A stretch of DNA of 63,585 nt, filler included, from an uncultured bacterium (GTDB lineage Bacteria; CAYJOG01): NCBI GenBank assembly GCA_964371695.1. It is 30 parts of 30 records of this genome, joined end to end, with 100 filler letters (N's around TTAATTAATTAA, not from the genome) between each part and the next. Parts side by side here need not be neighbours in the genome. Positions count along the whole stretch, not along the records: positions 1 to 2,090 come from CAYJOG010000568.1; positions 2,191 to 4,274 come from CAYJOG010000569.1; positions 4,375 to 6,457 come from CAYJOG010000570.1; positions 6,558 to 8,637 come from CAYJOG010000571.1; positions 8,738 to 10,813 come from CAYJOG010000572.1; 25 more parts are not named here. One strand, given 5' to 3'. Made by a program: the position numbers and the translations under genes. Shown piece by piece: positions 1-8,876 of the stretch. The notes beneath the pieces are model-generated. The model was not told the DNA's origin and ran no database searches. It was given only the letters and a program-made list of their open reading frames with translations. Every line of letters starts with the position of its first letter. Positions within the stretch are counted from its first letter, which is position 1.

Positions 1-121
1 TTTCGCGGGAATGACGACAAGGGGCAGATTCTTGCTTTTTTCTGCGCGCAGCGCCCCATTCGGTGGGTCTGGGAGGCCCGTCGGCCTCCCAGTGGGGGGA
101 TTGGGGGGCGCCGCCCCCCAA

Positions 122-1156
122 GTGTTTTCGGCCAAAACCGTTTTTCGCCAATTTTTCAAAAGCGCGCTGTGGGGAGTTTTTCTTTCGGCGGCGTTTTTTA
201 ACGTGGCCAGGGCGGGCACGCTGGTGGTGGAGACGCAGGAGGGTCTGGCGGTGATTCAGGCGGAGGACGCCGTGTTGCTGGACCTCAAAACCGCGCTACC
301 TGCGGCCTTGCCCGGCACACCTGCCATGGCGGCGCTGGGGGCGTTCCTGGAGCAGAAGGGCCTGACTGGCGGGGCGGTTTTTTATACCCGTCAGCCGCCA
401 TCCACGGGCGACACCCACCCGGACCTGTCCCACGAAACCACGCTGGGTGAGTTGGAGCGCCGGGGGTTGTTGCCGGTGCTGCGGACGGGGTTGGACAGCC
501 ACGGTTATTTTGACCGTCTGCGCACCCTGGGTTTCACGCCGCTTTTCAGGGGCGCGCCGCCGGATGAACTCTCGCGCCGCCTGCCCCAGGACGTGTGCCT
601 GAGAAGCGAGTCCTTCACCAGCGGCGACGGGGCGAGTCTGCGGGTGGGCAGTCGGGAGCTTTTCAGGCCGTTGCTGCCCACGGGTTTGATGATTGCCACG
701 CTCGCCCCCGGTGCAAAAGACTGGTCATTCAATGCCTTTGACACGTTTTCTGCTGGCCCGGCCACACAGTTTGCAGCGTTTCTCAAAACCCTGCCTCCCG
801 ACACGCTGGTGCTGTGGGCGGTGAAGGGCGTCGCGCATCGTTATCTGCTGGGAGACGCCTATGCGGGAATGCGCGCCCTGGGCAGCCGCCTGCGGCCCGA
901 TCAGGTGGGTAGTGACCAGCACCGTTTCTCTCACGCCTTCATGGGTGTGGTGGGGCGACCCGAACTGGCGCGAGAGGCCATTCACGGTGACGAACCCGTC
1001 CGGCTGTGCCATCATGGGGGGGCTTCTTATGCCGCCACGCCACAACACGCCCTGCCTCTGCCCGTGCTGGTGCTGGAAAACCTGAAAGACGACAGCCCCG
1101 CATGGTTTCTCGAATCCGACAAAGCCTGGTCTGCCTATCGCTCGGCCTCGCCCTGA
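122..1156 (+). CDS. Secreted protein with C-terminal ILEI/PANDER (GG)-like domain; start uncertain
   Basis: Signal-like N-terminus from GTG 122; the ORF-track extension to 11 runs through repeats. FDTF..FAAFLKTLPPDTLVLWAVKG..MRALGS..RFSHAFMGVVG fits the ILEI consensus. Confidence 0.55.
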   Translation: MFSAKTVFRQFFKSALWGVFLSAAFFNVARAGTLVVETQEGLAVIQAEDAVLLDLKTALPAALPGTPAMAALGAFLEQKGLTGGAVFYTRQPPSTGDTHPDLSHETTLGELERRGLLPVLRTGLDSHGYFDRLRTLGFTPLFRGAPPDELSRRLPQDVCLRSESFTSGDGASLRVGSRELFRPLLPTGLMIATLAPGAKDWSFNAFDTFSAGPATQFAAFLKTLPPDTLVLWAVKGVAHRYLLGDAYAGMRALGSRLRPDQVGSDQHRFSHAFMGVVGRPELAREAIHGDEPVRLCHHGGASYAATPQHALPLPVLVLENLKDDSPAWFLESDKAWSAYRSASP

Positions 1157-2031
1157 GCAGCGCCCACGCCCATGCCGAGGCGGTCTCGGCCATTGCCGAC
1201 ATGGCGGCCCTGGGGGCGCGCCCCGCCGCCCTGGGGGGCTGGCATGGCGTGGGGATGTTTGGCGCACAGGGCCTGCTGGGGGGCGCACCCCTGGGCGATT
1301 TTGAGCACCTCGCGTTTTCGCACACCCATTCCCTGCGGCATTTTCCCCACGGCAAAAAAAACCTGGATCAACTCGACGCCGACCCCATGAGCGTCATGAT
1401 TCCGCTCAACAAGGGCAACAGCATGGTGGGGGGGACTTTTTCGTTGTCGGGTGAGTTGGGTCTGGACCACCGGGACAGCAACGGCCTGCTCAAAAAGAAA
1501 CACTGGCTGCGGGGCAAGGCGCGGGAGGTGTTTTATGCCGCCGTGGCGGGCAAGCTGGCCTCGGCGGAGACCCTCACCTGGGCGAGTGCCTGGGAGCAGT
1601 GGCAGGACGGCACGGTGAAGACCCAGCGGGTCATCATGCCCGGCGCGCAGGTGATGGGCCTGGGCAGCAGCCGCTGGCGCTGGAGCTTTGGCCTGAAACG
1701 GGCCGTGCCGGTGGAGGGCGAGGTGAAGGCCCATTGGTTGTGGAACCTGGGGGCGGCCTATCAGGGCAAACACGGCATTCTGGGGGTGCTGAGCCTGCTG
1801 GGGCGGGACCTTTCCACGCGCCGCCTGGGGGGAGGCGTGGAAAAATCCGCCGGGCCGCACCTGCGCCTGAGGGCGGGTTATGGCGAAGGCCCCACCTATG
1901 GCTGGGGGCTGAAGCTGGGTGATTTTCTGGTGGATTACGCCGTGATGAAAAACGTGATGCCCAGCCTGAGCGCCCAGCCCTTTCCCCGTTTCAAGGATGC
2001 CCACCTGCTCACCTACGGCTTTTCGTTTTGA
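1102..2031 (+). CDS. Exported protein, probable outer-membrane beta-barrel
   Basis: Signal peptide MVSRIRQSLVCLSLGLALSSAHAHA; amphipathic strands (LRLRAGY, YGWGLKLGDFLVDYA); C-terminal YGFSF beta-signal. Confidence 0.55.
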   Translation: MVSRIRQSLVCLSLGLALSSAHAHAEAVSAIADMAALGARPAALGGWHGVGMFGAQGLLGGAPLGDFEHLAFSHTHSLRHFPHGKKNLDQLDADPMSVMIPLNKGNSMVGGTFSLSGELGLDHRDSNGLLKKKHWLRGKAREVFYAAVAGKLASAETLTWASAWEQWQDGTVKTQRVIMPGAQVMGLGSSRWRWSFGLKRAVPVEGEVKAHWLWNLGAAYQGKHGILGVLSLLGRDLSTRRLGGGVEKSAGPHLRLRAGYGEGPTYGWGLKLGDFLVDYAVMKNVMPSLSAQPFPRFKDAHLLTYGFSF

Positions 2032-2090
2032 AGTTTGGGCGGGTGGGGTGTATAGGTTGGGTCCAAGGCGTTGTCGTGTCGGGTGTAGCC

Positions 2091-2190
2091 NNNNNNNNNN
2101 NNNNNNNNNNNNNNNNNNNNNNNNNNNNNNNNNNTTAATTAATTAANNNNNNNNNNNNNNNNNNNNNNNNNNNNNNNNNNNNNNNNNNNN
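2091..2190. other. Artificial contig linker N44-TTAATTAATTAA-N44 (first of 29)
   Basis: Identical 100-nt linker with stops in all six frames recurs about every 2.1 kb (12-mers at 2135, 4319, 6502 ... 59583, 61577). Separate short N gaps of about 10 nt lie inside contigs near 2873, 19237, 21176 and 25702. Confidence 0.99.
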
Positions 2191-2345
2191 CGCCGCGAAC
2201 ACCTCCGGCCCACAGGATTGTTTCAAAAGTTCCTCCTGAACTTTTAGAAACCACCGCCTTCGGGGGCAAAGCCCCCTCGGCGGCCTTCACGCGACCTCCT
2301 GTGGCGTGGGGCCTTGATGTTCGGGGCGAATTCATCCGTGAATTC

Positions 2346-2440
2346 ATACCAATTCTCTTCACCCCGGCTGACTTCGCCCAACCCCTTCCCCAACCGACCC
2401 TTTCATTCGGATTAATGCTGTTTCGGTTGAGAATTTGTAT
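2346..2440. mobile_element. ~94-bp MITE, copy 1
   Basis: Ends ATACCAATTCTC / GAGAATTTGTAT; near-identical to the reverse complement of 49076-49169. Confidence 0.8.
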
Positions 2441-2515
2441 TAAAAGCGCCGGTTTTCGGGGGCGGGCCGCCCAGGCCCGCAAGAACCCATCTCAAAAAAC
2501 TTTTGAGATGGGTTC

Positions 2516-2521
2516 TATGCT
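2516..2521 (+). promoter_or_regulatory. -10 box TATGCT, 6 nt before ribE ATG
   Basis: TATGCT-ggcatc-ATG; no Shine-Dalgarno. Confidence 0.65.
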
Positions 2522-2527
2522 GGCATC

Positions 2528-3107
2528 ATGTTTACCGGCATCATCGAAGGAACCGGAATCGTCAGGGGTTTTGAGGCCCCCGACCTGATTTTGCAACTGC
2601 CTTTTGCCTGCCCGCCGGTGGGGTCCAGCGTGGCGGTGAACGGCGTGTGCCTGACGGTGAAAAAACGCGCCGGGCGCACCATGACCACCCAGGTGATGGA
2701 AGAAACCCTCTGTCGCACCAACCTGGGCGCACTCACCGAGGGGGACGGGGTGAACGTGGAGCGGGCCATGACTGCCGGTCAGCGGCTGGACGGCCACATT
2801 GTGCAGGGCCACGTGGACACCACCGCCACACTGCTCGGCATCGAGGAACGCCCCCACTCGCACCTGCTGTGGNNNNNNNNNNCCCTGTCTGGTGGAGAAA
2901 GGTTCGGTGACGCTGGACGGCATCAGCCTGACGCTGGTGAACGCCCAGGCGAGCGGCAGGTTTTCGGTCTCCATCATTCCCCACACCTGGGAGATCACCA
3001 ACCTGCACACCCGCCAGCCGGGCGACCGTCTGAACCTGGAACTGGACATCCTGGCCAAACTGCTGAAACGTCTGGCAGAGCCTTATCTGAAGCGCCTGGG
3101 GAAATAA
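2528..3107 (+). CDS. ribE: Riboflavin synthase (alpha chain), spans internal N gap
   Basis: MFTGIIE start, GSSVAVNGVCLTV, GHIVQGHVD; after the gap KGSVTLDGISLT and NLELDILAK. Confidence 0.95.
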
Positions 3108-3152
3108 CCCAACTCGGATGTATCGCCCGTTTCGGCCATAAAATCACCGGCC

Positions 3153-4271
3153 ATGAAAACCCGCCCCGTCGCCCTGGAGGATTTTGCCCCACTGGCTGCG
3201 GCGGTGCGCGCCGCCCAGGGGGCCTGGGGCAGGCAGGAAGAACCCTTTGACCCCCACACCTGGGCCAGACTGCTGGACCCGTTTTTCAACCCCTTTCACG
3301 AAGGCCTGCTGGTGGAGTCCCTGGGTGTGTTCGATGGCAATACCCCCTTGGCGGCGGCAATTTGTTCTCTGGACCCCCTGCTGTGGCAGACAGGCGCTGA
3401 GCGCACAGGCTGGTTTGGCGGGTTTCTGGCGGTGAATGAAGAAGCCGCCCGCGCCCTCACACAGGCCATCAAACACTGGTTTCAGAAACGCGGTGTCGTG
3501 CGCATCAGCGGGCCGGTGTTCATTTCTCCCCATCAGGATTTTGGCCGACGGCTGCCCATCAACTTTGGCGAGCGGGCCGAGCTTGTGGGCAAAACCCTGC
3601 TCTCTCAGGGATTTGTACTCAAAGAGAACACCCCTGTGCTGGAGCTGGGGGCACACCTGTCAGGGCGCTGGAAAACGCCCTCTCTGTCAGCCGGTTTTGT
3701 CCTGGAACCTTTTTCCCTCACCGCTGACAGCTTCCAGTCCCTGCTGGGACTGTGGCGGGAAATCCCCCATCCCTCCCTGACGGCGCGGCCCCCCGGCCCG
3801 GCGGCTCTGGCGTTTTTGTTGCGTCAGCGGGCGAGCGCATTACACCCCGGCCTGATGGGGCGCCTGCGCCACAACGGCCAGTGGGTGGGCGCGGCCCTGG
3901 CGCTGGAAGACCAACCTCCCCAGCCTCCCCCCTGGGGAAAGGAATGGCAAAAAAATCCGCTGGCGCTGCCCCCGACCCCCAGGGAGCGGCCCCTGCGCGA
4001 CACCACCCTGTGGTGGCTGGGGGTGTTGCCCGAATTTCGTCAGCAGGGCTTGGGAACCGCGCTTTTGGCCCGGCTGCATCAAGCGGCCATCACGGCGGGG
4101 GCGCGGCGGATGCAGGGCGTCGTCCCCAGCGGCAGCCTGTCCTGGGCGCAGGGCAAGCTGGTGGATTTTGGGGCCGAAACCGCCCTGGGGCACTATCTGT
4201 ATGAGGCCGCCTTGCCCCCCCGGCCCCCCCGGCCCCGGTTCAGTTTTTGGTCCGTGGATTTGCCACCTTGA
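3153..4271 (+). CDS. GNAT-family N-acetyltransferase (YghO-like)
   Basis: GWFGGF and ISGPV motifs; acetyl-CoA motif LGVLPEFRQQGLGTALL. Confidence 0.7.
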   Translation: MKTRPVALEDFAPLAAAVRAAQGAWGRQEEPFDPHTWARLLDPFFNPFHEGLLVESLGVFDGNTPLAAAICSLDPLLWQTGAERTGWFGGFLAVNEEAARALTQAIKHWFQKRGVVRISGPVFISPHQDFGRRLPINFGERAELVGKTLLSQGFVLKENTPVLELGAHLSGRWKTPSLSAGFVLEPFSLTADSFQSLLGLWREIPHPSLTARPPGPAALAFLLRQRASALHPGLMGRLRHNGQWVGAALALEDQPPQPPPWGKEWQKNPLALPPTPRERPLRDTTLWWLGVLPEFRQQGLGTALLARLHQAAITAGARRMQGVVPSGSLSWAQGKLVDFGAETALGHYLYEAALPPRPPRPRFSFWSVDLPP

Positions 4272-4394
4272 CACNNNNNNNNNNNNNNNNNNNNNNNNNN
4301 NNNNNNNNNNNNNNNNNNTTAATTAATTAANNNNNNNNNNNNNNNNNNNNNNNNNNNNNNNNNNNNNNNNNNNNCCGCTGGGCGCGCCCGGCAG

Positions 4395-4481
4395 CATCAA
4401 TATGCTGCCGCAATCCCAAAAGCCCCCCCGCGCCCATTACCCGGCGCTACGCGCCACCCTCTCCCCGTAAAGGGGAGAGGG
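4395..4481. repeat. 87-bp CCCTCTCCC/GGGAGAGGG-family repeat
   Basis: Near-identical reverse complement at 36500-36586; both sit at contig ends. Confidence 0.85.
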
Positions 4482-4495
4482 AACTCGGAAAGGCT

Positions 4496-6298
4496 CTACC
4501 CCGCTTCTTTTTCCGCCAGTTCTTCTTCCAGTTTCTGACGCCGCCACAGGTCGGCATAAAGGCCCGGCTGGGCCAGCAACTCGGCGTGTGTACCGGTCTG
4601 CACCACGCGGCCTTTCTCCAGCACCACCACACGGTCGCAAAAGGGCATGGCGCTCAGGCGGTGGGTGGCGAAAACAATCGTGCGCCGGGCCTCGCCGTGG
4701 GCCTGTGTCAGACCCCGGATGATTTTTTCTTCCGTCACCGTGTCCACGGCGCTGAAGCTGTCGTCCAGCAAGAGCACGGGGGGGCGCACCATCAGCGCCC
4801 GCGCCAGGCCCACCCGCTGTTTCTGTCCACCGCTCAGCGTGATGCCCCGCTCGCCCACCACCGTGTCCAGGCCGTCGGGGAACCGGCCCAGGTCGTCTTG
4901 CAACCCCGCCAGCGCCGCCATGGCCAGCACATCCTGTTCCTCCGCCTCCGGCACGGCAAACCTTATGTTTTCCCGCAATGTGTCGCCAAACAGAAAGGGT
5001 TCCTGCGTGCAATATCCCACGCCGTGGTGATAGGTCTCGGCCCCAAAGGCGCTGGGCGGCACGTCTCCCACGCGCACCTCGCCGGTGGTGGGGTCGAGCG
5101 CGCGGGCCAGCAGGTTCAGCAGCGCTGTTTTGCCGCTGCCCACCGGCCCGGTGATGCCCACCATTTCACCGGCCTCTACCGAGAGACTCACGTCGTCCAA
5201 CACACCTCGGCCCCCCAGTTCCAGCGAAACGTGACGCAGGGCAATGCCCTGGTGAAATGGGGCGTCGTTGGTGCGACTGCCCCAAAGCAGGTCGGGTGTG
5301 ATCTGCAAAATCTCATTCACCCGCGCCAAGCCAGCCCGGCCCCGCTGAAAACTGCTGAAGACAAAACCGAACATGCGCACGGGGTTCTCAAGCAGGCGGA
5401 TATAGAGAAAAAACGCCACGAAAGACCCCAGGGTCACCTGTTTCGTCATCACCATGCGCCCGCCCACGCCCAGCACCAGCAACTCCCCCGCCAGCACCAA
5501 CGCCGACAGCGCCGGGAACAAAATGCCCCGCGAGCGGGCGGTTTGCAGGTTCAACGATAGATATTCCATGCACCGTTCGTGAAAGGCTTTGGCGCGGGCG
5601 TCCTCTTGCCGGTAAAGCCGCGTGGTGGTCATCTGGGCCAGGGTCTCCTGCACCCAGCCGGTCATCTGCCCCAGCTTAAGACCTATGTCGCGGTGCAGCG
5701 AAAACAGCGGCCCGCCAAACTGCCGCACCACCCAGAACAGAAACGGCAGCGGCGCCAGCGCCAGCACCGTGAGGGTGTGGTTCAGGGGCCACATCTTGAT
5801 GATGGCCATGAGCAGGAAAAACGGCGCGTTCACCACGTTGAGCAGGCCAAACCCCATGGCGGCGCGCACGTTGGCCAGGTCGTTGGTCATGCGGCTCATG
5901 ATGTCGCCCACCCCCAGTCGGTTGAGGGTGAGCATGGGCAGCGACAGCGTGTGGCCAAACAGCCCCTGGCGGATCTGATATTCGATGGTGCGGGCGGCGT
6001 TGAAGAAGAGATAACGGCTGCAAACCCGCGTAAAAAGCTGGGCGGTGCCATAAAACACCAGCAGCAGCGCCACGGGCCGGATGGCTTCCAGGGTTTGCGC
6101 GTTGGTGAACGTGCCCGCTTTTTTGCCCGCGAAACGTCCCAGTGCGTCCAGCCCCTGGCCAAACAGAAACGGCAACTGCACACCACACCAGTTGGTGATG
6201 AGCAGCATCACGGCCCCCAGGGCATAGGCCCCTTTGTGGCGTTTCAGATTGGCCCACAGGGTTTCGCCAGCGGGCGCGGCATGGCGGGTTTCGTTCAC
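4496..6298 (-). CDS. ABC exporter, fused permease/ATP-binding subunit
   Basis: TM domain, Walker A GPVGSGKT, signature LSGGQKQR, Walker B LLLDD. Start re-set to GTG 6298 because the longer ORF reads through a REP. Confidence 0.93.
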   Translation of the reverse strand: MNETRHAAPAGETLWANLKRHKGAYALGAVMLLITNWCGVQLPFLFGQGLDALGRFAGKKAGTFTNAQTLEAIRPVALLLVFYGTAQLFTRVCSRYLFFNAARTIEYQIRQGLFGHTLSLPMLTLNRLGVGDIMSRMTNDLANVRAAMGFGLLNVVNAPFFLLMAIIKMWPLNHTLTVLALAPLPFLFWVVRQFGGPLFSLHRDIGLKLGQMTGWVQETLAQMTTTRLYRQEDARAKAFHERCMEYLSLNLQTARSRGILFPALSALVLAGELLVLGVGGRMVMTKQVTLGSFVAFFLYIRLLENPVRMFGFVFSSFQRGRAGLARVNEILQITPDLLWGSRTNDAPFHQGIALRHVSLELGGRGVLDDVSLSVEAGEMVGITGPVGSGKTALLNLLARALDPTTGEVRVGDVPPSAFGAETYHHGVGYCTQEPFLFGDTLRENIRFAVPEAEEQDVLAMAALAGLQDDLGRFPDGLDTVVGERGITLSGGQKQRVGLARALMVRPPVLLLDDSFSAVDTVTEEKIIRGLTQAHGEARRTIVFATHRLSAMPFCDRVVVLEKGRVVQTGTHAELLAQPGLYADLWRRQKLEEELAEKEAG

Positions 6299-6304
6299 CG
6301 GGCG

Positions 6305-6310
6305 AGTATA
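6305..6310 (-). promoter_or_regulatory. -10 box TATACT, 6 nt before ABC exporter GTG
   Basis: TATACT-cgcccg-GTG on the minus strand. Confidence 0.65.
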
Positions 6311-6402
6311 GGCAGGGAAACAAAAATCAGGTTGGTTTAGGGAAACAGGAAGCGGGAAACCGGGAGTTGGAAATCGGAAAAGAAAAGCCCGTCTTCTGCC
6401 GC

Positions 6403-6430
6403 CGTCATTCCCGCGAAAGCGGGAATCCAG
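6403..6430. repeat. CGTC-type REP CGTCATTCCCGCGAAAGCGGGAATCCAG (representative)
   Basis: Other copies at 1-16 (partial), 6633-6660, 13168-13195, 20955-20982, 29402-29429, ~34267-34293, 38988-39015, 53089-53116, 57206-57233, 57370-57397. Confidence 0.92.
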
Positions 6431-6795
6431 TTGAAACATAAACAGCACACCTTTTTCNNNNNNNNNNNNNNNNNNNNNNNNNNNNNNNNNNNNNNNNNNN
6501 NTTAATTAATTAANNNNNNNNNNNNNNNNNNNNNNNNNNNNNNNNNNNNNNNNNNNNAAAGGGGAGAGGGGAATAAGGTGGTTTTTGCTTTACGCAGGCA
6601 AGATGCCTGCGCCACCAGTTTTTTGTTTCGATCTGGACTGCCGCTTTCGCGGGAATGACGCCGGGAGACAATGGGGCTTTTCTTTTTTACCAATTTTCCG
6701 CTTCCGACTTCCAACCTCCAGCTTTCCGGCCGTTTCCGGCTCCCGCAGGTGCAACGCCAAAGAGCGGGCGGTTTACACACACCCTCAATGCGCTC

Positions 6796-6801
6796 TAGAT
6801 T
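6796..6801 (+). promoter_or_regulatory. -10 box TAGATT, 6 nt before proS ATG
   Basis: TAGATT-gccgcc-ATG. Confidence 0.65.
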
Positions 6802-6807
6802 GCCGCC

Positions 6808-8577
6808 ATGCGCCTGTCGAAGATTTTTTTCCGCACCCAACGTGAAGACCCCGCCGATGCCGAAATCACCAGCCATCGCCTGATGCTGCGGGCGGGGCTT
6901 ATCCGCAAGCTCGCCAGCGGGCTTTATCTCTATCTGCCCCTGGGGCAAAAACTGCTGGGCAAGGTGATGACCGTGGTGCGCCAGGAGATGAACGCCGCCG
7001 GGGCCGCCGAGGTGGGCCTCACCGCCCTGCAACCCGCTGAGCTGTGGCAAACCAGTGGCCGCTGGGACGTGTACGGCCCCGAAATGATGCGCCTGGAAGA
7101 CCGCCACGGCCGGGCCTTTTGCCTGGGCCCCACCGCCGAAGAGGTCATCACCACGCTGGTGCGCGACGAAACCCGCAGCTACCGCCAGTTGCCCGTGCAT
7201 CTTTATCAGATTCAGACCAAGTTCCGCGACGAGGTGCGCCCGCGTTTTGGCGTGATGCGCTGCCGCGAGTTTCTGATGAAAGACGGTTATTCCTTTCACG
7301 CCAGCCAGGATTGCCTGAAGCGCGAATATGACGTGATGCGCCAGACCTATCACCGCATTTTCAGCCGCTGCGGCCTGAACTATGCCGTGGTGCAGGCCGA
7401 CGCCGGGGCCATCGGCGGCACCGGCAGCGAAGAGTTTCAGGTGCTGGCCGACACCGGCGAAAACACGCTGGTGGCGTGCGCCTGTGGTTACAGCGCCAAT
7501 CTGGAGCAGGCCCCCACCCAGGCCCCGGCCACCGCCGTGCACCCCGCCGCAGCCCAGGAGGACCTCCACACTCCCGGCTGCAAAACCATCGAGGCCGTGG
7601 CGGCGTTTCTCAAGGAATCTCCCCGCGACATGATGAAAAACATTCTGTTCACCGACGACAGCGGCGGGTTTCATCTGGTGAGTGTGCGGGCTGATCACGA
7701 GGTGAACGACGCCAAGCTGGCCCGGCATGTTTCCGCCACCGGCCTGCGCCCCGCCACCGAAGAAGAAATCACACAAAAGCTGGCGCTGCCCGTGGGTTAC
7801 ATCACACCCCAGGGTTTGCCCGCCGCCGCCCAGGCCCTCATCACCACTTATCTGGACCACACCCTGCTGGATGGCCGCGCTTACATCACCGGCGCGAACA
7901 AGGCCGAGACCCACCGCCGGGGCGTGAAGCCGGGTGTGGATTTCACCACCCACGTCACCGGCGATTTTCGCAACCTCACCGCCGAAGACCCCTGCCCCCA
8001 GTGCGGCGGCAAACCGGAATTTGCCCGGGGCACCGAGGTGGGGCACATCTTTCAACTGGGCACGAAATACAGCGAAAAACTCAAGGCCGAGTTTCAGGAT
8101 GAAGACGGCGGCGTCAAACCGATGATCATGGGTTGTTACGGCATTGGCGTGGGGCGCACACTGGCGAGCATCATTGAGCAGAACAGCGACGAAAAAGGCA
8201 TTGTGTGGCCAGAGCCCCTGGCCATTTCACCCTGCGACGTGGCGCTGGTGCCCCTGAGCGACAGCGGCCCGGTGTTTGATTTCGCCGTGGCGCTTTATGA
8301 GGCGCTGCTGGTGGCGGGGGTGGACGTGATTCTGGATGACCGGGCCGAGCGGCCCGGCGTGAAGTTTGCCGACGCGGAACTGGCGGGCTGGCCCTGGCGC
8401 GTGGTGTTGGGCAAGGGTTATGAAAAAAGCGGTGAGCTGGAACTGGTGTGCCGCCGCACCGGCGAAAAATCCCAGTTGCCCGCCGAGGGGTTGAACCCCA
8501 AAGCCGCCGCTGCCCTCATCAAGGCCGCTGTCATCACACCAATTCTCAACCAGAGCAGCATTAACCCTGAGCGATGA
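6808..8577 (+). CDS. proS: Proline--tRNA ligase with INS editing domain
   Basis: SHRLMLRAG, LGPTAEE, FRDEVRPRFGVMR, EVGHIFQLG, MGCYGIG, ERPGVKFADAEL. Confidence 0.98.
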   Translation: MRLSKIFFRTQREDPADAEITSHRLMLRAGLIRKLASGLYLYLPLGQKLLGKVMTVVRQEMNAAGAAEVGLTALQPAELWQTSGRWDVYGPEMMRLEDRHGRAFCLGPTAEEVITTLVRDETRSYRQLPVHLYQIQTKFRDEVRPRFGVMRCREFLMKDGYSFHASQDCLKREYDVMRQTYHRIFSRCGLNYAVVQADAGAIGGTGSEEFQVLADTGENTLVACACGYSANLEQAPTQAPATAVHPAAAQEDLHTPGCKTIEAVAAFLKESPRDMMKNILFTDDSGGFHLVSVRADHEVNDAKLARHVSATGLRPATEEEITQKLALPVGYITPQGLPAAAQALITTYLDHTLLDGRAYITGANKAETHRRGVKPGVDFTTHVTGDFRNLTAEDPCPQCGGKPEFARGTEVGHIFQLGTKYSEKLKAEFQDEDGGVKPMIMGCYGIGVGRTLASIIEQNSDEKGIVWPEPLAISPCDVALVPLSDSGPVFDFAVALYEALLVAGVDVILDDRAERPGVKFADAELAGWPWRVVLGKGYEKSGELELVCRRTGEKSQLPAEGLNPKAAAALIKAAVITPILNQSSINPER

Positions 8578-8583
8578 ACCGGT
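8536..8583. mobile_element. ~94-bp MITE, partial copy overlapping the proS 3' end
   Basis: ACACCAATTCTCAACC..CATTAACCCTGAGCGATGAACCGG matches the starts of the 21465 and 57424 copies. Confidence 0.75.
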
Positions 8584-8876
8584 TAGAGCATTTTCGAAGT
8601 AGATGTAGACCACCCGCCGATGGTGGCGACACCCGTGNNNNNNNNNNNNNNNNNNNNNNNNNNNNNNNNNNNNNNNNNNNNTTAATTAATTAANNNNNNN
8701 NNNNNNNNNNNNNNNNNNNNNNNNNNNNNNNNNNNNNCCCAGCCTGTTCCCCCTCACCCGCCCGTGACCTCACCTCTGTTCGGTCACGGTCTGCCCTCTC
8801 CCTCAGGGAGAGGGCAAAAGACGGCAACACATTGCTTCCCTTCATCAAGCAGGACTTCGCCCAAAATACCGCGCTG

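Noticed and set aside
2135-2146. Regularly spaced TTAATTAATTAA as a biological repeat array
   Set aside because: Always centred in N44 blocks; it is a six-frame-stop contig linker. ORFs ending in ..LIN are artefacts.
2191-2515. FMN riboswitch upstream of ribE
   Set aside because: No RFN consensus; the region is the dispersed repeat/MITE also found at 21465 and 27096, and ribE looks leaderless.
2528-3250. Frameshifted ribE pseudogene (likewise smc and the 18968 gene)
   Set aside because: The frame change coincides with a placeholder N gap; both halves are intact.
6299-6448. N-terminal ORF extensions and short ORFs containing LDSRFRGND / VIPAKAGIQ
   Set aside because: These are translations of the CGTC REP (also at 13096, 29194, 38842, 57105), not protein.
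6558-6807. T-box leader upstream of proS
   Set aside because: No T-box consensus; the sequence consists of REP modules and a -10 box sits 6 nt before the ATG.
4586-8055. Long antisense or alternate-frame ORFs (e.g. 4586-5560, 6502-8055, also 41251-42843)
   Set aside because: Shadow ORFs opposite well-supported genes in GC-rich DNA; no motifs.
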